A DNA stretch of 62,352 nt, filler included, from Hausera hauseri (taxonomy: Eukaryota): assembly GCA_046269625.1 (NCBI GenBank). It is 9 parts of 9 records of this genome, joined end to end, with 100 filler letters (N's around TTAATTAATTAA, not from the genome) between each part and the next. Parts side by side here need not be neighbours in the genome. Positions count along the whole stretch, not along the records: positions 41,657 to 48,864 come from JBJURY010030670.1; positions 48,965 to 56,208 come from JBJURY010028005.1; positions 56,309 to 62,352 come from JBJURY010148867.1; 6 more parts are not named here. One strand, written 5' to 3'. The notes below the pieces were generated by a model. The model worked only from the letters and a program-made list of their open reading frames with translations, had not been told where the DNA came from and did not search any database. This document shows, piece by piece, positions 47,311-59,629 of the stretch. How positions within the stretch are numbered: position 1 is the first letter of the stretch; each line of letters begins with the position of its first letter. The position numbers were made by a program, and so were the translations under genes.

Positions 47311-47773
47311 AGTACCTGTGACATAAAATTTTAGTGCATATTTGAGCGCATATTCGGAAAGATAAAATTAATAATGCATTGAAAACTAAAATTCACGACA
47401 CAGAAATGAACAGTTGTTGAGATATTTGCATGAGCAGAAACAGGAAGTGATGTCAAAGGGGAATACCTGAATGAGATGCTACAACGGCTAACAACAGACT
47501 GCAAAGAATCAGATGTTTCTGTAGATTATTTTCAGTCACTATCACATAGATAAAGAAGAGTCAGATTTATAAAGACCAGGAAGTTACCCTTTTTTAAAGA
47601 GTTCCCCTTTGACATCACTTCCTGTTTCACTTGGACTGCACCAAATTCAGCAAAAAACATGCACGTTTTGTGACAAACTGGGTGAAAATCATGTGAATGA
47701 TGCCAATTTTCTTAAATATTAGGATATTTTCTTTCATTTTTTGTAAGTGAAGAAAAAGCATGTCACAGGCACT
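47311..47773. mobile_element. TTAA-targeting (Kolobok-like) MITE
   Basis: TTAA|AGTACCTGTGACAT ... ATGTCACAGGCACT|TTAA; internal perfect 27-bp inverted repeat (47437-47463 / 47602-47628). Confidence 0.8.
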
Positions 47774-47926
47774 TTAATATTTGGGTCAATGAAAGTGCAG
47801 AAAAAAATTATTTCTTTTGTGTGTTCCCTATATGGGTTAAGTGTGAGGGATTTCAATAATGTTGAGTGATGCATGTTCACCAAGGGTGTATTTGAGATTT
47901 GTCTAATTATGAGTTTATGTGTGCAG

Positions 47927-48558
<632 letters not shown>

Positions 48559-48864
48559 TCAGGACACACACAGAGCACCGAGTGTTAATGAGCTGCTGAC
48601 CGTCAGAATCACACAGAGGCAGACAGAGGGTGTCTACTGTAAGTCCTGACTTAGGGTTTTTTTGTGACAGGGCCTTACATGTGCCCATGTATTGGTTTGT
48701 CAAACTAATCAGGATGTACCCCTGTTCCTTCTTGGTCCCTGCTAGGTCACAAGGAGCCCAAACAAAAGCAGGTACAAAGAATGAGTCATTTAAATCCTTA
48801 GCTGAGCCCAATACTAAAATTTTCTCTTAGAGCCTTTTGGCCAAATCAAGAAACCCAGACCAAA

Positions 48865-48964
48865 NNNNNNNNNNNNNNNNNNNNNNNNNNNNNNNNNNNN
48901 NNNNNNNNTTAATTAATTAANNNNNNNNNNNNNNNNNNNNNNNNNNNNNNNNNNNNNNNNNNNN
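48865..48964. other. Artificial contig linker
   Basis: N44-TTAATTAATTAA-N44. Confidence 0.99.
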
Positions 48965-49984
48965 TCTAACAGGCATGTGGTTTCTCAGAAGAATGTTGAA
49001 AATCGCATGAGGCATTGGCCACATGAAACACTATTAAACTATGTCGCTGGTTGTCGCTGGTTGTGCAAGCTACAAACAACAGTAGAGATCTAATAAGTCA
49101 CAGCTTTACAGACATGGAGTTTTTTAATTAATAGATACAAGAAGGATAATAATAAGGAGACGAAAAACAATAACAATAGTAAAATAAACAGATGAACCCT
49201 GAGGAGGGCTGTTGCAGCCCAAAGAAGGACTGTTGAAGAGGGTGGCACAGCTTTTCTGCTTTCTCAGTGTTGTCGAGGAGGTGGACCGTGATCCTCCAGG
49301 CTTTAGTGCAATGCTTGGTCTCTTAGAAGAGACCCACCAATCAACTTGGGGACCACCCCGAGCCTCCGCCCGTTAGCTGGCAGGATTACTACCGTTGCGC
49401 GAAGAGGAGACAAGGCTTGGATGTGGTGAGAAGATCTTCGCTGACAATGATACGTTAGTACTGACAGCGTGTATCATGGCCGGATATGAGAAGCAAGGGC
49501 TGACAGCTTCTAGGTGAGTCAGGCAATGCAACCTTACCTTCACGGAGTCCGCCAGGACTCATGGTGCTCTTTGTTAGAAACCGACAGGGCTCTGCGTACG
49601 GACAGGTCCTCTTCCTGCATTCGGGCAGGGGGAGGTGTCCCCGGCCGTTTCACTGGCTGATCCCATCCCTGAAAGCCAAGGCTCAGGCGATGGCTCAGAC
49701 AGCAAAGCCTGGACTGTGCCGATGACGGCTGCACGGGACCTTAGACACTAAGGGAGAAGTAGAACATGTGGAACCTCAGTCGAAAGGTGCACACAAAACG
49801 GCTGTGCAACGCATGGGATCGGACCCCATTAGGATAAGCCTCGTGACTTGCCTAGTACCTGTGCTTCGGGAAGGGAACCGCAACTCGCGAGGTGGACCTG
49901 TCCGTACGCCAAACAAACAAACAAAATGGCCGGATATGCGTCGCCGAAACTGTCACTCAGCACCTTCCTAAGCCACTCACGCAT

Positions 49985-50215
49985 AGCTTAAAAGCGTAAA
50001 AGGGAACACGTAGTTAGTATCCACGCCTTTATTGAGCATATGCACGTAATTGAGTATGGTCAGCGTAACGCTTTTACTTTCTCAGAGAATTTCTCCGGTA
50101 CCCTTTTTTAAAGCTGGATGGACTCCCGGAGCCGTTTATAGTCCCACAGTTGGAATTGAACCACCGACAATACGATCGAAAGCAAGCGCACTAACCACTA
50201 CGTCATCGCGGCTCC
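49985..50215 (-). mobile_element. tRNA-derived SINE with a Nin/Deu-like core
   Basis: Minus strand: A box TGACGTAGTGG, B box GGTTCAATTCC, then GTCCATCCAGCT...GGGTACC. Confidence 0.6.
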
Positions 50216-50549
50216 ACTACACAATTTGGCATACCTCATCACATTTGTTTCCTCACATACCGTTCTTTTCACTTTAAATTCAGCTAGTTTCACTAGCCTT
50301 TGTGCCCCATTTTTTTTTTTTTTTTATTATTTTTCCATTGATCAGTTTATTGTTTTTGCAACATGTCATGTGAGTAAGGTTACTAGAGCTTAAGCATTGA
50401 ATGACAATTAAGTTACATTGGTAAAAGCTGTCACTAGGCGTATTGCAAATTTGAAAGCATAAAACTTTGAGATGAGGCGAGTTGTGTACATATTTTAGAG
50501 ATACCAGGTGACATGCATATGAAATAAGCAGTGCTATATACATACATTT

Positions 50550-50820
50550 AGAAATGACATCTACTCAATTTCCATGCATTCTTCGGTCTTTCTGGCAAAC
50601 TGGCGCATAGAGTTGTGAGTTAAGTAAGATTTTTATGCATGAACTTGGCCTGACATTTACTCAAATCCATACATCCTTCAGTCTCTCAAAACACGGGGCT
50701 ATATACATTATTTGGCATAACATCTACTCCAAATCCATACATTCTTCCATCTTTCACACGAAATGGCATGCATACACATGACATGACGTATACCCGAGTT
50801 CATAACATTCTTGGTCTTTC
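50550..50820. repeat. Four diverged tandem repeats of about 65-95 bp in the presumed LINE 3' region
   Basis: gacat.tactc.a.tccat.cattctt..gtctttc recurring at about 50556, 50652, 50719 and 50785. Confidence 0.65.
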
Positions 50821-51025
50821 GCACCCGCTCTCTTGTATGAATAGTTCAGATAGGAGTTTAATCGCTGGGAGTGTATCTCTTCAAGTTCCAGCCCCCATCA
50901 ATTGGTTCGAATAAGAGTTCAGTCACTAGGAGTATTGGTGTTTGCTTGTTTGTCTTGTGTGATGGGGGGAGGGGTGATACCATGGGGGGTGTTGTTCTCT
51001 GAGTGTGTGTGTGTTGCAAGTGGGT

Positions 51026-54000
51026 TCAAGGGATGGCTGAGACCCGTTGAAGAAAGATGGTGAGAAAAGACTGCGGTGTGTATTTACTGTTGTCGAAGGT
51101 CGCCTTGTTCCGGCATGTCCATGCATGGTGGCGAAATTTGGCCAGTAGTGTGAGGATGAAGGCCTGGTGCTCACTAGCGACTTTCGGGATGATGTTGGTT
51201 GTGACTGCCTTGCGCATGTCCATGTCTGGCACGTATTTGTGGAAGGTTCTGCGCAGGTTGTGTACTGTGGGTGCGACCACCGGGCAGAGAAGGAAGAGGT
51301 GCTCCTCCGATTCCTTATTTCCATTGCAGAGTCTGCAGCAGTCGGCAGTCGTGGAGCCAGGATGTTTGCGCTTGATTGGTGTCATGTTGTAGAGTAAGCG
51401 GTAGGTAATTTCTGTGGCTTTCGGGTCGGTTGTTGTGTTGTGTAGATTTGCGAAAGCCTCTGTGTAGTCGAAAATGAAGTAGTTGTATCCGTTCTTTATG
51501 CGGCGAGCAAGTGGTGGTGCTTGTGCCTTGACGAGATGTCTGTAGATTGTCTTGGTGGGTTGGTGTATTAGGCGACTGTTGTGGCGTACGTGATCTGCAC
51601 ATTCGCGGTAGAAGGATGGTAGACGGCCACTGTGGTGTGGCATTGTGTTGTTGTATTTGGTTAGTTGGATCAGTTTTAGGCCGAGGTAGTAGTGTGCCAG
51701 GGGGTAGGCCTTCTTATTTGTGATTATATCACCAACATACTTGATCCGGAGTGATTTTACTTTGGTTTGTACGTCTTGTAGGCCTACGCCTCCCTCTCTT
51801 TTGTCTTGGATGAGCGTTTCGTGTTGGATGCTGCGGATGGTGTGCATGAAGATGAAATTGCGAATGTTGCCGTTGATTTTGCGTATGACCTCTGCCGGGG
51901 GTGTGAATATGTTTGCTTTGTATATCAGCGTTGGGATGACGTAAGTGTTGACCACTTGACTCCTTCCGAAGATTGTTAGTGTTTTGTACTTGTATCGTTG
52001 GAGGAGGTTGTCGATCCTCTTCACTATCTGATCCCACGAGGTTGTGTTGGCGAGGGAGGGATCCGCGAGGAAATCAATGCCGTAGACCTTTATTCTGTGT
52101 GCCTGTGTTAGTGAGAAAGGGAAGTCTGATTTGTTCTTCCACTTGCCGATTCCCATGATGATTGATTTCCTCTGGTTGATTCTGGACCCGCTTGCGGTGC
52201 CATAGTCGTCGAAAATGCGCAGTATGTTTCTGATAGAGTCCGCGTTGCTTGGAAATAAGGTGGTGTCATCGGCATATGCAATTAGCTTGCATTCTCCGCG
52301 TCCTGGGATTGTTGTCCCGTTGATGTTTGGGTCGCACCTCACAGCTTCCAGGACAGTTTCCAGTACTAGCACGTAGAGTGAGGGTGAGAGCGGGCAGCCT
52401 TGCCTGACAGAGCGCGTAAGGGCAATGGGGTCGCTGGCTGTGTGGTTTATTATGAGCCTGCTTTCCGGTCGCTTGTACAGGATCTTCACCCATGTTTTGA
52501 AGTATTCACCGAAGTTGCACTGGTGTAGTACTTTGTGCAGGTATTCGTGTGAGACTCTGTCGAACGCCTTCTCTTGGTCGAGGGAGAGGATTGCCGCCTG
52601 CGTGTTTTTGTCGTGCGTGAGCTCTATTAGATCACGTATGAAGTGGGTGTGTTGGCTTATGTTCCGTTGTGGTATGCAGGATGTTTGATCTTCGTGTATT
52701 AGAGTGTGCATGATGGGTTTTAATCTGTTGGTTAGTACTTTGGTGAGTATCTTGTAGTCGGTGTTGAGGAGTGAGATTGGTCTGTAGTTCTTCACATCCG
52801 CCCTGTCCGCGTCTTTTTTGGGGATTAGGGTGATGTATGCCTGCGTTATGGTCGGCGGTAGTTCTTCCCTCCTCATTGTCTCCTCTGTCACCTTTAGAAG
52901 CAGAGGCCCTATTAGCGGGAAGAAGTGTTGATAGAATTCTGCCGTGAGGCCATCTGGTCCAGGTGTTTTGTTCTTGTCAAAGGAGTTGACCGTTGTGCCG
53001 AGTTCTTCTAGTGTTATGGGCTTGTCTAATGCCTGCTTGTTGTGGGTGTCGAGTTGTTTGGCGTGTGCGAGGAAACGTTGTTGTGCGAGGTCATTGGTTG
53101 GCTCTGCCGTGTACAGCTGAGTATAAAATTCGTGGAATGCAGTGCATATGTTATGTCCAGTCTGTATTTGGTTGTTTCCGTCTGTTATTTGGTGGATGTA
53201 TCTGTTCCGTTGAATGTTTTGTTCGATGCGTAGGCAGTGCTCATTCGGGGTCTCTTGTGTGACGTTGGGCGTTTTAGCTCGGATCATGGCGCCTTGGTAC
53301 CTGTGTGCCTGGTACTTGTCGAGCTCCTCTTGTAAGGCGTGCATGTGTGGCGAGTGTTTGTCCGGAGTCAGTTTGATAGCTTCTTGCAGCATCTGTGCTT
53401 TGCGCTTGTTTTCTCGGTGGAGGCGGGTTGCTATTGTTTGCGTCCTGTCTCTGATGGTGGACTTCAGCAGTTCCCAGTGTTCCAATACGTTTTCCGTGGG
53501 TGTATCGTGGGCGTATGATTTTATTAGGTGGTGTATCTGCTTGTTGAAGTGTTGGTTTTGTAGCAAGGAATTGTTGAATTTCCAGTGTGGTGACTTCTTG
53601 TGGGTGTGCGATGTGGGGGCGGCCGTGATATGAACGAGGACGCCTTTGTGGTCTGTGAAGTTTAGTGTGTGCGCAATGTGCGTGGCCTTGACCTGTTTGG
53701 TGTTTGTGGGGATGTATATCCTGTCTAGCCTGGAGCTGCGTTGCCCGGGTACTGGGTTGGCAAAGGTTGTTTCCACTCCTGTTGGGGCTACGTGTCTGTA
53801 TGCGTCTACTAGTTGGTGGACCTCTAATATGTTGCGCAGGATAGTGGTCTGTGGTGTCCTTTCTGTTGTGTGAGCTCGCGGTTGGTCGAGGGGCCTGTTG
53901 GTGACGTCCAGGATGGACAGTACACAGTTGAAGTCTCCACCCATGATGATGTTGCAATCTCTGTATCTGTCACGTAGGGTCTCCGATAGCCTGTTGTAGA

Positions 54001-54370
54001 AGGACGTTTGTTCGGGTAGTTGTGCTGGTGCATAAACGCTAACCAGTGTGTGCTTGTTGGTTCTGTCCTGGGCCTGCACTATGTTTGCGATTGCAATTCG
54101 CCCTGCATCGTCCCATTCCTTACTGGTGATGGTCCAGTTGTCGGACGTCTGTAGAATTGCCGCTCCTGCGAAAGGGTGGCCTGTGCTGAAAACTGTGACT
54201 CCTATGCCTAGCATCGTTGTGATTTTGTTGGCCTCGTATGTTGAAGTGATATGGGTTTCCTGTAGTAGGATGAAATCCGGCTTGTGGGCGTGTATCAGTG
54301 CGATTACGTGTGCACATTTGCGCCGGAGTCCGCGGACATTGAGGGAGAGGATGGTTAGGTTTTCAGCCAT
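51026..54370 (-). CDS. LINE ORF2: APE endonuclease + reverse transcriptase + C-terminal CCHC
   Basis: LNVRGL, LQETH, VYAP, GGDFN, RLDRIY, TDH; TPGPDG, YRPISLLN.DYK, LDQEKAFD, VRQGCPLSP, YADD; CRLC..E..EHL...C; start taken at MAENL. Confidence 0.95.
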   Translation of the reverse strand: MAENLTILSLNVRGLRRKCAHVIALIHAHKPDFILLQETHITSTYEANKITTMLGIGVTVFSTGHPFAGAAILQTSDNWTITSKEWDDAGRIAIANIVQAQDRTNKHTLVSVYAPAQLPEQTSFYNRLSETLRDRYRDCNIIMGGDFNCVLSILDVTNRPLDQPRAHTTERTPQTTILRNILEVHQLVDAYRHVAPTGVETTFANPVPGQRSSRLDRIYIPTNTKQVKATHIAHTLNFTDHKGVLVHITAAPTSHTHKKSPHWKFNNSLLQNQHFNKQIHHLIKSYAHDTPTENVLEHWELLKSTIRDRTQTIATRLHRENKRKAQMLQEAIKLTPDKHSPHMHALQEELDKYQAHRYQGAMIRAKTPNVTQETPNEHCLRIEQNIQRNRYIHQITDGNNQIQTGHNICTAFHEFYTQLYTAEPTNDLAQQRFLAHAKQLDTHNKQALDKPITLEELGTTVNSFDKNKTPGPDGLTAEFYQHFFPLIGPLLLKVTEETMRREELPPTITQAYITLIPKKDADRADVKNYRPISLLNTDYKILTKVLTNRLKPIMHTLIHEDQTSCIPQRNISQHTHFIRDLIELTHDKNTQAAILSLDQEKAFDRVSHEYLHKVLHQCNFGEYFKTWVKILYKRPESRLIINHTASDPIALTRSVRQGCPLSPSLYVLVLETVLEAVRCDPNINGTTIPGRGECKLIAYADDTTLFPSNADSIRNILRIFDDYGTASGSRINQRKSIIMGIGKWKNKSDFPFSLTQAHRIKVYGIDFLADPSLANTTSWDQIVKRIDNLLQRYKYKTLTIFGRSQVVNTYVIPTLIYKANIFTPPAEVIRKINGNIRNFIFMHTIRSIQHETLIQDKREGGVGLQDVQTKVKSLRIKYVGDIITNKKAYPLAHYYLGLKLIQLTKYNNTMPHHSGRLPSFYRECADHVRHNSRLIHQPTKTIYRHLVKAQAPPLARRIKNGYNYFIFDYTEAFANLHNTTTDPKATEITYRLLYNMTPIKRKHPGSTTADCCRLCNGNKESEEHLFLLCPVVAPTVHNLRRTFHKYVPDMDMRKAVTTNIIPKVASEHQAFILTLLAKFRHHAWTCRNKATFDNSKYTPQSFLTIFLQRVSAIP

Positions 54371-54597
54371 GGGGGTTGAAGGGGGGGTTCGTGTGAGGGT
54401 GTGTCTTGGTGATGTTGGTGCTTGATTAGTGTGCATGGCTTAAGCTCAATTATATTTGCATTTTTAGGTTTAACATCAATTTTATTAGCATTTCTAACTA
54501 TCTGTGTTACTTCTGGGCTCCCGCTAGAGGTGAGGTGGTTCCTGTCCGGTGGTTGTTCATCTTCACGTGTTCCTGGTCTTTTGTTATGGGGCAGTAG

Positions 54598-55755
54598 TCA
54601 TAGGGGTGAAGCGCAATATTCTGTGTCTTCCATCCCTGTTGCCTCATAGTTGGCACCTGGGGTGCGTGGGTTCACATCAAAGTCTATGTTTTCTTCTGTG
54701 TCTGACAAATCTTCATCTGGTAGTGTGTCTCTTGTTGGTGGGAGGTTGTCTGGTGGTTCTTGTTTATTGAGTGTTGTCGTTTCTTGTGTCCTCTTCTCCT
54801 TGCGGGGTGTCTTATTTGGGCTTGCGCTTCGGAATGGGTTGCATCTTTCTTCGTTGTATGGTGAGGTTAGTCTTCTTTTTGCTTTCTTTTTATGTTCCAC
54901 AGTGGTTAGACTTTCAGCGGTCGGGTTGTCTGTGATTGTCAAGGTATTAGTTCCCTTCAGGAGTGGTTCATCCTCTGTTCGTGCCTGGTTGTTGGTGTGT
55001 CTTCTGTCCTTTGTCATGGGTTGCTTGCAGATGGTTTGGTTGGTGTTGTCCTCTTGTTGGGGTTTCTCTCTTGGTACTGGTGGTCTGGGGTCTCTCCTGG
55101 TGCACTGGTTGGCCACATGGTTGCTCTGTCCACACGATCTGCAGGGGGGTCGTCTGTCGCCTACCGTGATCCATACCTTGACTAGGTGTCCCTTGCCACC
55201 TGTCATGTGTACGTGAGTATAGTGGGGGATCGGTTTTTGTGGTTTACATAGGAAAGACCACTTGTCTGCAGCTCCTTGTGTCCGTGTCACCTCTGCTTTA
55301 TCGTCCCCAGTGACGAAGGCTGCAATTTTCTTTGCGCCTTCTGCCTTAAGGTGGGGTGGGAGCCAGTGTAGTGTTCCCTTGGTACGCTCCTTATCTAGGT
55401 GTTCTACACTGATTGTCGCATTTAGGTTGCCGGTTCGAATTGAGGAGCCGTGCAGCTTGTCATACAACCGTAGGTGCGCTGCTTGTGTCAGTGTGGCGAA
55501 CCATCGGGCTGGGTCCTCGTAGCGATACAACGCCGCTACGCTATTTGGGCCGAAGCTGCCCACGAGGTGGCTCATTAGCAGTTGATAGCTGAGTCTTCTT
55601 GCATCTGGTCCTTTGGTGGTAATCACCAGCGTTCCTGGTCTGTGAATCTCATCGATCTCAAGGGCTTCTGATGTATCCAAGTACAAACTCGGTATCTCGT
55701 CAGTCGATTCAAAATCGGTTTTCCTGGCTCCCTGGACCTGAGGTTTTGATGCCAT
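54598..55755 (-). CDS. LINE ORF1 (RRM-like region + CCHC zinc knuckle)
   Basis: 385-aa ORF directly upstream of ORF2 with CRSCGQSNHVANQC. Confidence 0.85.
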   Translation of the reverse strand: MASKPQVQGARKTDFESTDEIPSLYLDTSEALEIDEIHRPGTLVITTKGPDARRLSYQLLMSHLVGSFGPNSVAALYRYEDPARWFATLTQAAHLRLYDKLHGSSIRTGNLNATISVEHLDKERTKGTLHWLPPHLKAEGAKKIAAFVTGDDKAEVTRTQGAADKWSFLCKPQKPIPHYTHVHMTGGKGHLVKVWITVGDRRPPCRSCGQSNHVANQCTRRDPRPPVPREKPQQEDNTNQTICKQPMTKDRRHTNNQARTEDEPLLKGTNTLTITDNPTAESLTTVEHKKKAKRRLTSPYNEERCNPFRSASPNKTPRKEKRTQETTTLNKQEPPDNLPPTRDTLPDEDLSDTEENIDFDVNPRTPGANYEATGMEDTEYCASPL

Positions 55756-56208
55756 GCTTGTATTTGTACTCGAGTTATGAGACAGTGTTGATATTCTAAA
55801 ATAGTCAGTTAGTTAATTGTAATCACGATTTGTGGTCAGTATGATCAGTTATAATGTAGTCTTGAGTGGGTCAGAGAACTTGCAGTTGTTTGGTCAGTTA
55901 CAATAAAAACCTCACATGCGTCTGAGACACAGTTGTCTGGGTTCCTCCTCGAGGAAAATTACACAGTAACACTAAGTATGGTCGGTTACAAAATAAAATT
56001 ATAATAAGTCTGAAACTTACAGTTTGTGTGAGTTCCTCTTCAAGATAACACTTCCCACATGGGACACTTGAATGGTTGCCAGATGGCGTCCGTGGAGGTA
56101 GTAATTATCGGAAATAAGTAGTTAAATTCCAGTTGACTTGCGAGCTGTCTGCTTTGTGCGCGCCATTTCAGTTAGATCACACTACCGAGCAACACGCGTA
56201 TAAATGGG

Positions 56209-56308
56209 NNNNNNNNNNNNNNNNNNNNNNNNNNNNNNNNNNNNNNNNNNNNTTAATTAATTAANNNNNNNNNNNNNNNNNNNNNNNNNNNNNNNNNNNN
56301 NNNNNNNN
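56209..56308. other. Artificial contig linker
   Basis: N44-TTAATTAATTAA-N44. Confidence 0.99.
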
Positions 56309-56650
56309 CGATTTTTGGAGATCTCAGATCAGCGAGCGAAATCCGTCGAGTCGGCAAGAACCCTGTAGGTTGGGTAGATTTGTTTCTATAACTTTTTGTC
56401 CCACTGGGTAGTGATCATTGCGCATACTGTTTTTCGATTTCAATCTGCCGAGGAATTTTTGTCTTGCGTTTAAGTCCGCTCCCACCATGCAGAGACTAAT
56501 GGAACTTTCTGGTGCTTCATACTCCAGCTGCTCCGACTCGACTCCTCGATTCCGACTTCGATGCTCTGACAGAGGATACAACTGTTAATAATCTCTAGCA
56601 CTTCCCCCAGGATGTGAATAACCCCAGACCGAGGCTGGCGTCATACCTCG
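56309..56650 (-). pseudogene. Possible non-LTR retrotransposon endonuclease fragment
   Basis: MVGADLNAR resembles the APE GGDFNAKH motif. Confidence 0.35.
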
Positions 56651-57126
56651 AGATCACCGAGCCCTCACAATTGAATGTTTTATGTTTATACAGCAGGGGT
56701 ATGCAGATTGTTTATGTGTGTGCCTTGTTCTATCTTTCGTCGTCACTGCGACTACTTTCTCTGTCTTACTTGCCCGAGGATCAAGATTTGTGCAGTAGAC
56801 GAAATGATTGTTTTGTCTTCTTTATACAATATATTCGAGGAGATTGTTTTGTTTATGAGATGAAAGAAATTCCTATTGGAAATAAACGCAAAGTAATTCA
56901 AGGAATTCTAAATAAACAAGGAAAGACATTGGCAAATGATAATTATGTCTGTATTAATTGTAGTTGTTACGATTTGTTAGTCATCATTACATAGATGTTG
57001 GATTTCACATTGAAACGAGATTCTGACAAACCCCTTTATCTTCAATTGGCCATCAATCATCTTCTTTTCTACGCATCGTTCAGTAAGGTATACCAGTTAT
57101 GAATTCGGTCATCTGTCATCATTTCC

Positions 57127-59200
57127 ATGTATAGTTATCTCAGATTATTCGAGCTCTACCGAATACCATCGATTTACTCATCGCCCATGCATTGCGTAGT
57201 ATTGAGAAGGAAGTTGGACGACAAATTAATTTGGCATTCTTCTCTTTTGTCCTTCATTCGAAATTCGGTGCGGAGAGAATTTTCATGGAATTTCTTATTA
57301 AACACACATTCAGGTTTACGACTAGAAGATATTCAATATCTCATGAGTTCCAACCTTAAACAATCTGTTGGTAATTCATCTGACTCAGGACAAAAATGTC
57401 CATTGTATTCATTACTTTTCATTAAGAATCTGTGGCACGGCGTATTAGTCAAGGACTATTCTCACAAAGAACAAAACGAAATATGGAAGGAAATTAAAAC
57501 GAGAAAATCATTAAACAATGTCCAAAAGCAAAGTGATAACTCACTGGATCAATTGGATAGCCAGTTGACAAAGAATCAAATGGAACAAATCACACTCGAA
57601 TTGGACAAAGAAAAGAGAATTAGAAGTCATATGAAAGAGCTAGAAGTGGAAGCATGTCTTTTCTGTGATATTATCGAATGTGTGGCACAATTGCGACCCG
57701 ATTGTATCCTACAGCAGTTAAATTCTGTTATTCGGATTACAAACCATATCATATTAAACTCTCCTGCTGTACGTATTCGTGGTTGTTTGTTGTACAGAAA
57801 TTTATGCTTCTTGACTCCGTTAAAACCTCAAGAGTGCATTTTAGCTCTTCGTATTCTGTTCTTGGATAGTTCCATTTTCACTAATGAAGTGAAAGAGAGT
57901 TGGAAAAATAATGTTCATTGGGAGCAGTTAAACGAGATTGCTAAACCATGGTTGTCCGAAAACCTATCCGAATGGTCATCTGAATTCATAAAATTGCTTA
58001 ATGATGATGATTATGTTAATTCATTATCATTCTCAACGTTGCTCTATGTGTTGCCCGTGTTTTGCCGTTTATTTCAAGCAATTGCTGACATGGAAAAGTT
58101 TAATGAAGGCATCAGACAGGATCAATGGTGGCACTATCTTAAATGGATGGATATAGACCTCCTTATGCATTGTTTGGCATTTATCAATTATCAACTTATG
58201 CAGCCAGATATTAAAGGACGTCAGTTATTACAAACTGACATATTGGAAGTTCTCGTTAAAGTAATGCAAAACTGTGACATTCATGACGCCCAGAAGTTCA
58301 TTCACAAAGTCATCGTTTGTCTTATTAATTTAACAAAGCTAGAATATCAGAAGAGCTCAAATTTGGAAGAAATTAATAATTATATTTTCAATAATATCAT
58401 CGCTTGTTATGTGACAAACAACGAAGCTGCTCGAATTCTTGCAATAGAATGCATTCGAATAATCCCCCATATATTTTATGAAGTAGATCGCAATAATCTC
58501 ACGTTATACTTGTGGGTTGCTCGATTTGATACAAGCACTAAAGTTGCAGAAGAAGCTGTCAGATTATGGAATGATTTGCAATTAAATGCCCATGAAAGTG
58601 TTTTATACGGCATTTTAGATCTCGTCGTGTCCGATCACGATACTGTCGTTGAAATTGCCATTCAAAGTATAACTGATTTAGTTACTTTGTTTCCCACGGC
58701 GATTGAATCACTTCTAAATCAATTCATTCAACTTTACGAGAAGCATGCATTTGTCCCTTTACCAATATGCGATGATTTCGCTCGTATTATAAAAGCTTCT
58801 CTTCCAGACGCTTGGCATTGTCGTTTAGGACTGAGCAAAACCATAACATCATTGGCAAAGTTCATGTTCGATAAAAACATCGTACAAATGCTGTTTTCAT
58901 TCTTAATTCCAAACGCTTTGAGTGATTGATGCTTAATAGTTTGTTTACGTATGCTCGAAGCAGGACAAAAAGTCATAGAGCATTACGGGTAAGACCATAT
59001 TTCATTGCTCATACCCATTTTGGAAAATTATTTAAACCGTGCTGACCAGACTACAAACAATATGGTGCGTCAATCAGTTGTAATTATGATGGGCTGTCTT
59101 TCTAAACACATTAGTGTTTCTGATGAAAGATTCGTTCTTATTTTTGGAAATCTAATTGCCGCTTTAAATTTTCCTTCTACAGAAGTTCAAAGGGCTGTTG
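57127..59200 (+). pseudogene. GCN1: GCN1 (eIF2-alpha kinase activator) central fragment, intronless, with nonsense codons
   Basis: YS.KEQ...QLT..Q.E.....LD.E..IR; LWVARFD...AVRLW; D.W..R.GL; F.FLI..AL.D*; ML.AG...I..YG*; VRQSVVI.MG.L.KH; LIAAL..PS..VQ.AV. Confidence 0.85.
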
Positions 59201-59426
59201 GTGAAATCTGCATGCAACTGGGCCTTCAAATCAAGATGTTTGCACCGCTATTCGTCGAAAACATAAAACATCATCAATATGCATGTAACACCCAAAACCT
59301 TTCACGAGAACACCGTAATTACCATTGGTCGATTAGGTTTTGTCTCACCCAATGATATTGCTGCCCATTTGAATTTGTTCATTCACAACTGGCGCATCTT
59401 CTTACGCAATATCCGCGATAACGATG
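59192..59426 (+). pseudogene. TNPO1: Transportin (TNPO1/2) fragment fused to GCN1
   Basis: AVGEICMQLG.....F...TPKT..ENT.ITIGRLG.V.P...A..L..FI..W...LRNIRDN. Confidence 0.85.
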
Positions 59427-59629
59427 TCTTTATTTCTCAGTTCCAACTGACAGACGCATATAAAGGTAATCCAATAACTGTTGCAATATATTAAATGGTA
59501 TATGGATATTTTGACAACATGCGCCTATAGACATTATTTAATTTATTCTCCACTGTTGCAGTCATTTGCAAACATGCCTGGTGAAGCCCAGCAATTTGTC
59601 TTTAGAACGGCAGGCTACGATGAACAGCC

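Larger units (their letters stand above)
50310..56208 (-). mobile_element. L1/Tx1-clade non-LTR retrotransposon, apparently intact ORF1 and ORF2; ends approximate
   Basis: Two uninterrupted ORFs; candidate poly(A) tail at 50310-50325 (T-run on +). Confidence 0.85.

Noticed and set aside
50130-50215. tRNA gene
   Set aside because: A and B boxes are present but the cloverleaf is poor and it continues into a SINE-like body
51057-55522. Many antisense and alternative-frame ORFs over the LINE
   Set aside because: By-products of the A/C-biased codon usage; no recognisable domains
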